Below are positions 55,886 to 56,591 of a stretch of DNA of 56,591 nucleotides, in pieces; the stretch's first letter is position 1; each line of letters begins with the position of its first letter. The stretch is from Bacilli bacterium (lineage in GTDB: Bacteria > Bacillota_I > Bacilli_A > ML615J-28 > CAG-698). The notes beneath the pieces were generated by a model. That model was not told the origin of the DNA. It did no database searches and saw only the letters and a list, made by a program, of their open reading frames with translations. The position numbers and the translations under genes are program-made. The stretch lies in the NCBI GenBank assembly GCA_041675825.1, contig JBAYTC010000001.1:1-56591 (forward strand), written 5' to 3'.

Positions 55886-56591
55886 TATGAAAAAAGTTTT
55901 AGGTTTAGTATTCTTAGTGTTAACTGTTTTTTTAGCATCTTGTACTAAAACCAAACCAACATTAACTTTTGAAAGCACCAATATCAACATTAAAGTAAAT
56001 GAAGAATTTACTTTAACGCCAACTATTACAAATGGAAAAAAAGGTGCCAAAGTTATTTACGAAGTTTTAGATGATACAGTTTTAAGTTACCAAGACGGAA
56101 AATTCAAGGGCTTAAAAGTGGGAACAACGAAGATTGATGCTCAAATCGAAAATGTTAAAGATACAAAAGTAGAAATAAATGTTACTGTAGAAGCGGAAAT
56201 AATCCCTTCATACTCAATTACATATCATTTGAATGGTGGAGTTAATCCGGCAAATGCTCCAACAACATTTATTGAAGCAGATCTACCAATAACATTACCT
56301 AGTCCAACTAAAGATGGTTATGATTTCTTGGGCTGGTTTAATAATAGCGCATTTACTGGTGATGCTTTAACTACTATTCCTGCAGGTTCTAAACAAAATA
56401 TTTCTTTGTATGCGAACTGGGATGAAGAAGAAGTTAGTGCAAGTATCACTTATAATTTGAATGGGGGTACAAATAATCCAGAAGCGCAAGCAACATATAC
56501 TAATAAGCAACTCCCATATACACTGGAAATACCGACAAGACAAGGATATGTTTTTGTAGGATGGTATAAAGATTCAGCATTTATTAATGAA
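55886..56591 (+). CDS. Surface lipoprotein with Big_2 and Listeria-Bacteroides (Flg_new) repeats; 5' part only, runs off the right edge
   Basis: Not in the track because it is open-ended. RBS AAGGAGG, ATG at 55886, lipobox FLASC. Big_2-like segment, then repeats YSITYHLNGG...GYDFLGWF and ITYNLNGG...GYVFVGWY. Confidence 0.8.

Noticed and set aside
55802-56050. 82-aa minus-strand ORF at the right end.
   Set aside because: It overlaps the RBS, signal peptide and Big_2 domain of the + strand lipoprotein gene starting at 55886, and also covers the yebC terminator region. It is most likely spurious.
1-56591. CRISPR arrays, tandem repeats, IS elements, prophage remnants.
   Set aside because: By eye I found no regularly spaced repeats of 20 bp or more, no cas-like, transposase-like or phage structural ORFs, and no terminal inverted repeats. 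A by-eye scan can miss short or degenerate repeats.

Overview
AT-rich (roughly 70% A+T by eye), densely coding chromosomal segment from a low-GC Firmicutes/Mollicutes-grade bacterium. It uses the standard genetic code: TGA terminates znuC, zur and sdaA. I count about 55 CDS, one tRNA-Ser(GGA), many clear rho-independent terminators and several near-consensus SigA-type promoters. I saw no rRNA, CRISPR array, transposase, integrase or phage genes. Gene content, left to right: (1) a YbaN-like gene fragment and a sensor GGDEF-EAL protein. (2) A stress and metal block: class II photolyase, znuA-znuC-znuB-zur, ahpCF, aldehyde dehydrogenase, dps, class I RNR nrdAB, an acidic lipoprotein and a ZIP transporter. 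(3) tRNA-Ser followed by a poorly characterised block: a ClbS/DfsB-like gene, two secreted unknowns, a 1070-aa Big_2/Flg_new surface lipoprotein ending in an amidase_2 domain, DUF4250, a membrane EEP hydrolase, DUF2804 and a Phd/ParE-like toxin-antitoxin pair. (4) Amino-acid catabolism: threonine aldolase-like, arcA, pcp, sdaA, tdh-kbl, plus xth. (5) potABCD. (6) A minus-strand c-di-GMP operon: PAS-GGDEF plus a GGDEF-EAL gene that looks split by a 1-nt indel. (7) A translationally coupled pstS-pstC-pstA-pstB-phoU-phoP-phoR operon with PhoP-type direct repeats upstream, whose PstS appears circularly permuted. (8) A CNNM/CorC protein, an acyltransferase-like gene, an M29 aminopeptidase, marR, a GH18 chitinase lipoprotein, yebC and another Big_2/Flg_new lipoprotein that runs off the right edge. 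The observations most worth follow-up are the permuted PstS, the split GGDEF-EAL gene, the density of c-di-GMP turnover genes, and the family of lipobox-Big_2 surface enzymes (peptidoglycan amidase, chitinase). All functional calls come from reading motifs in the translations by eye; no database search was run.
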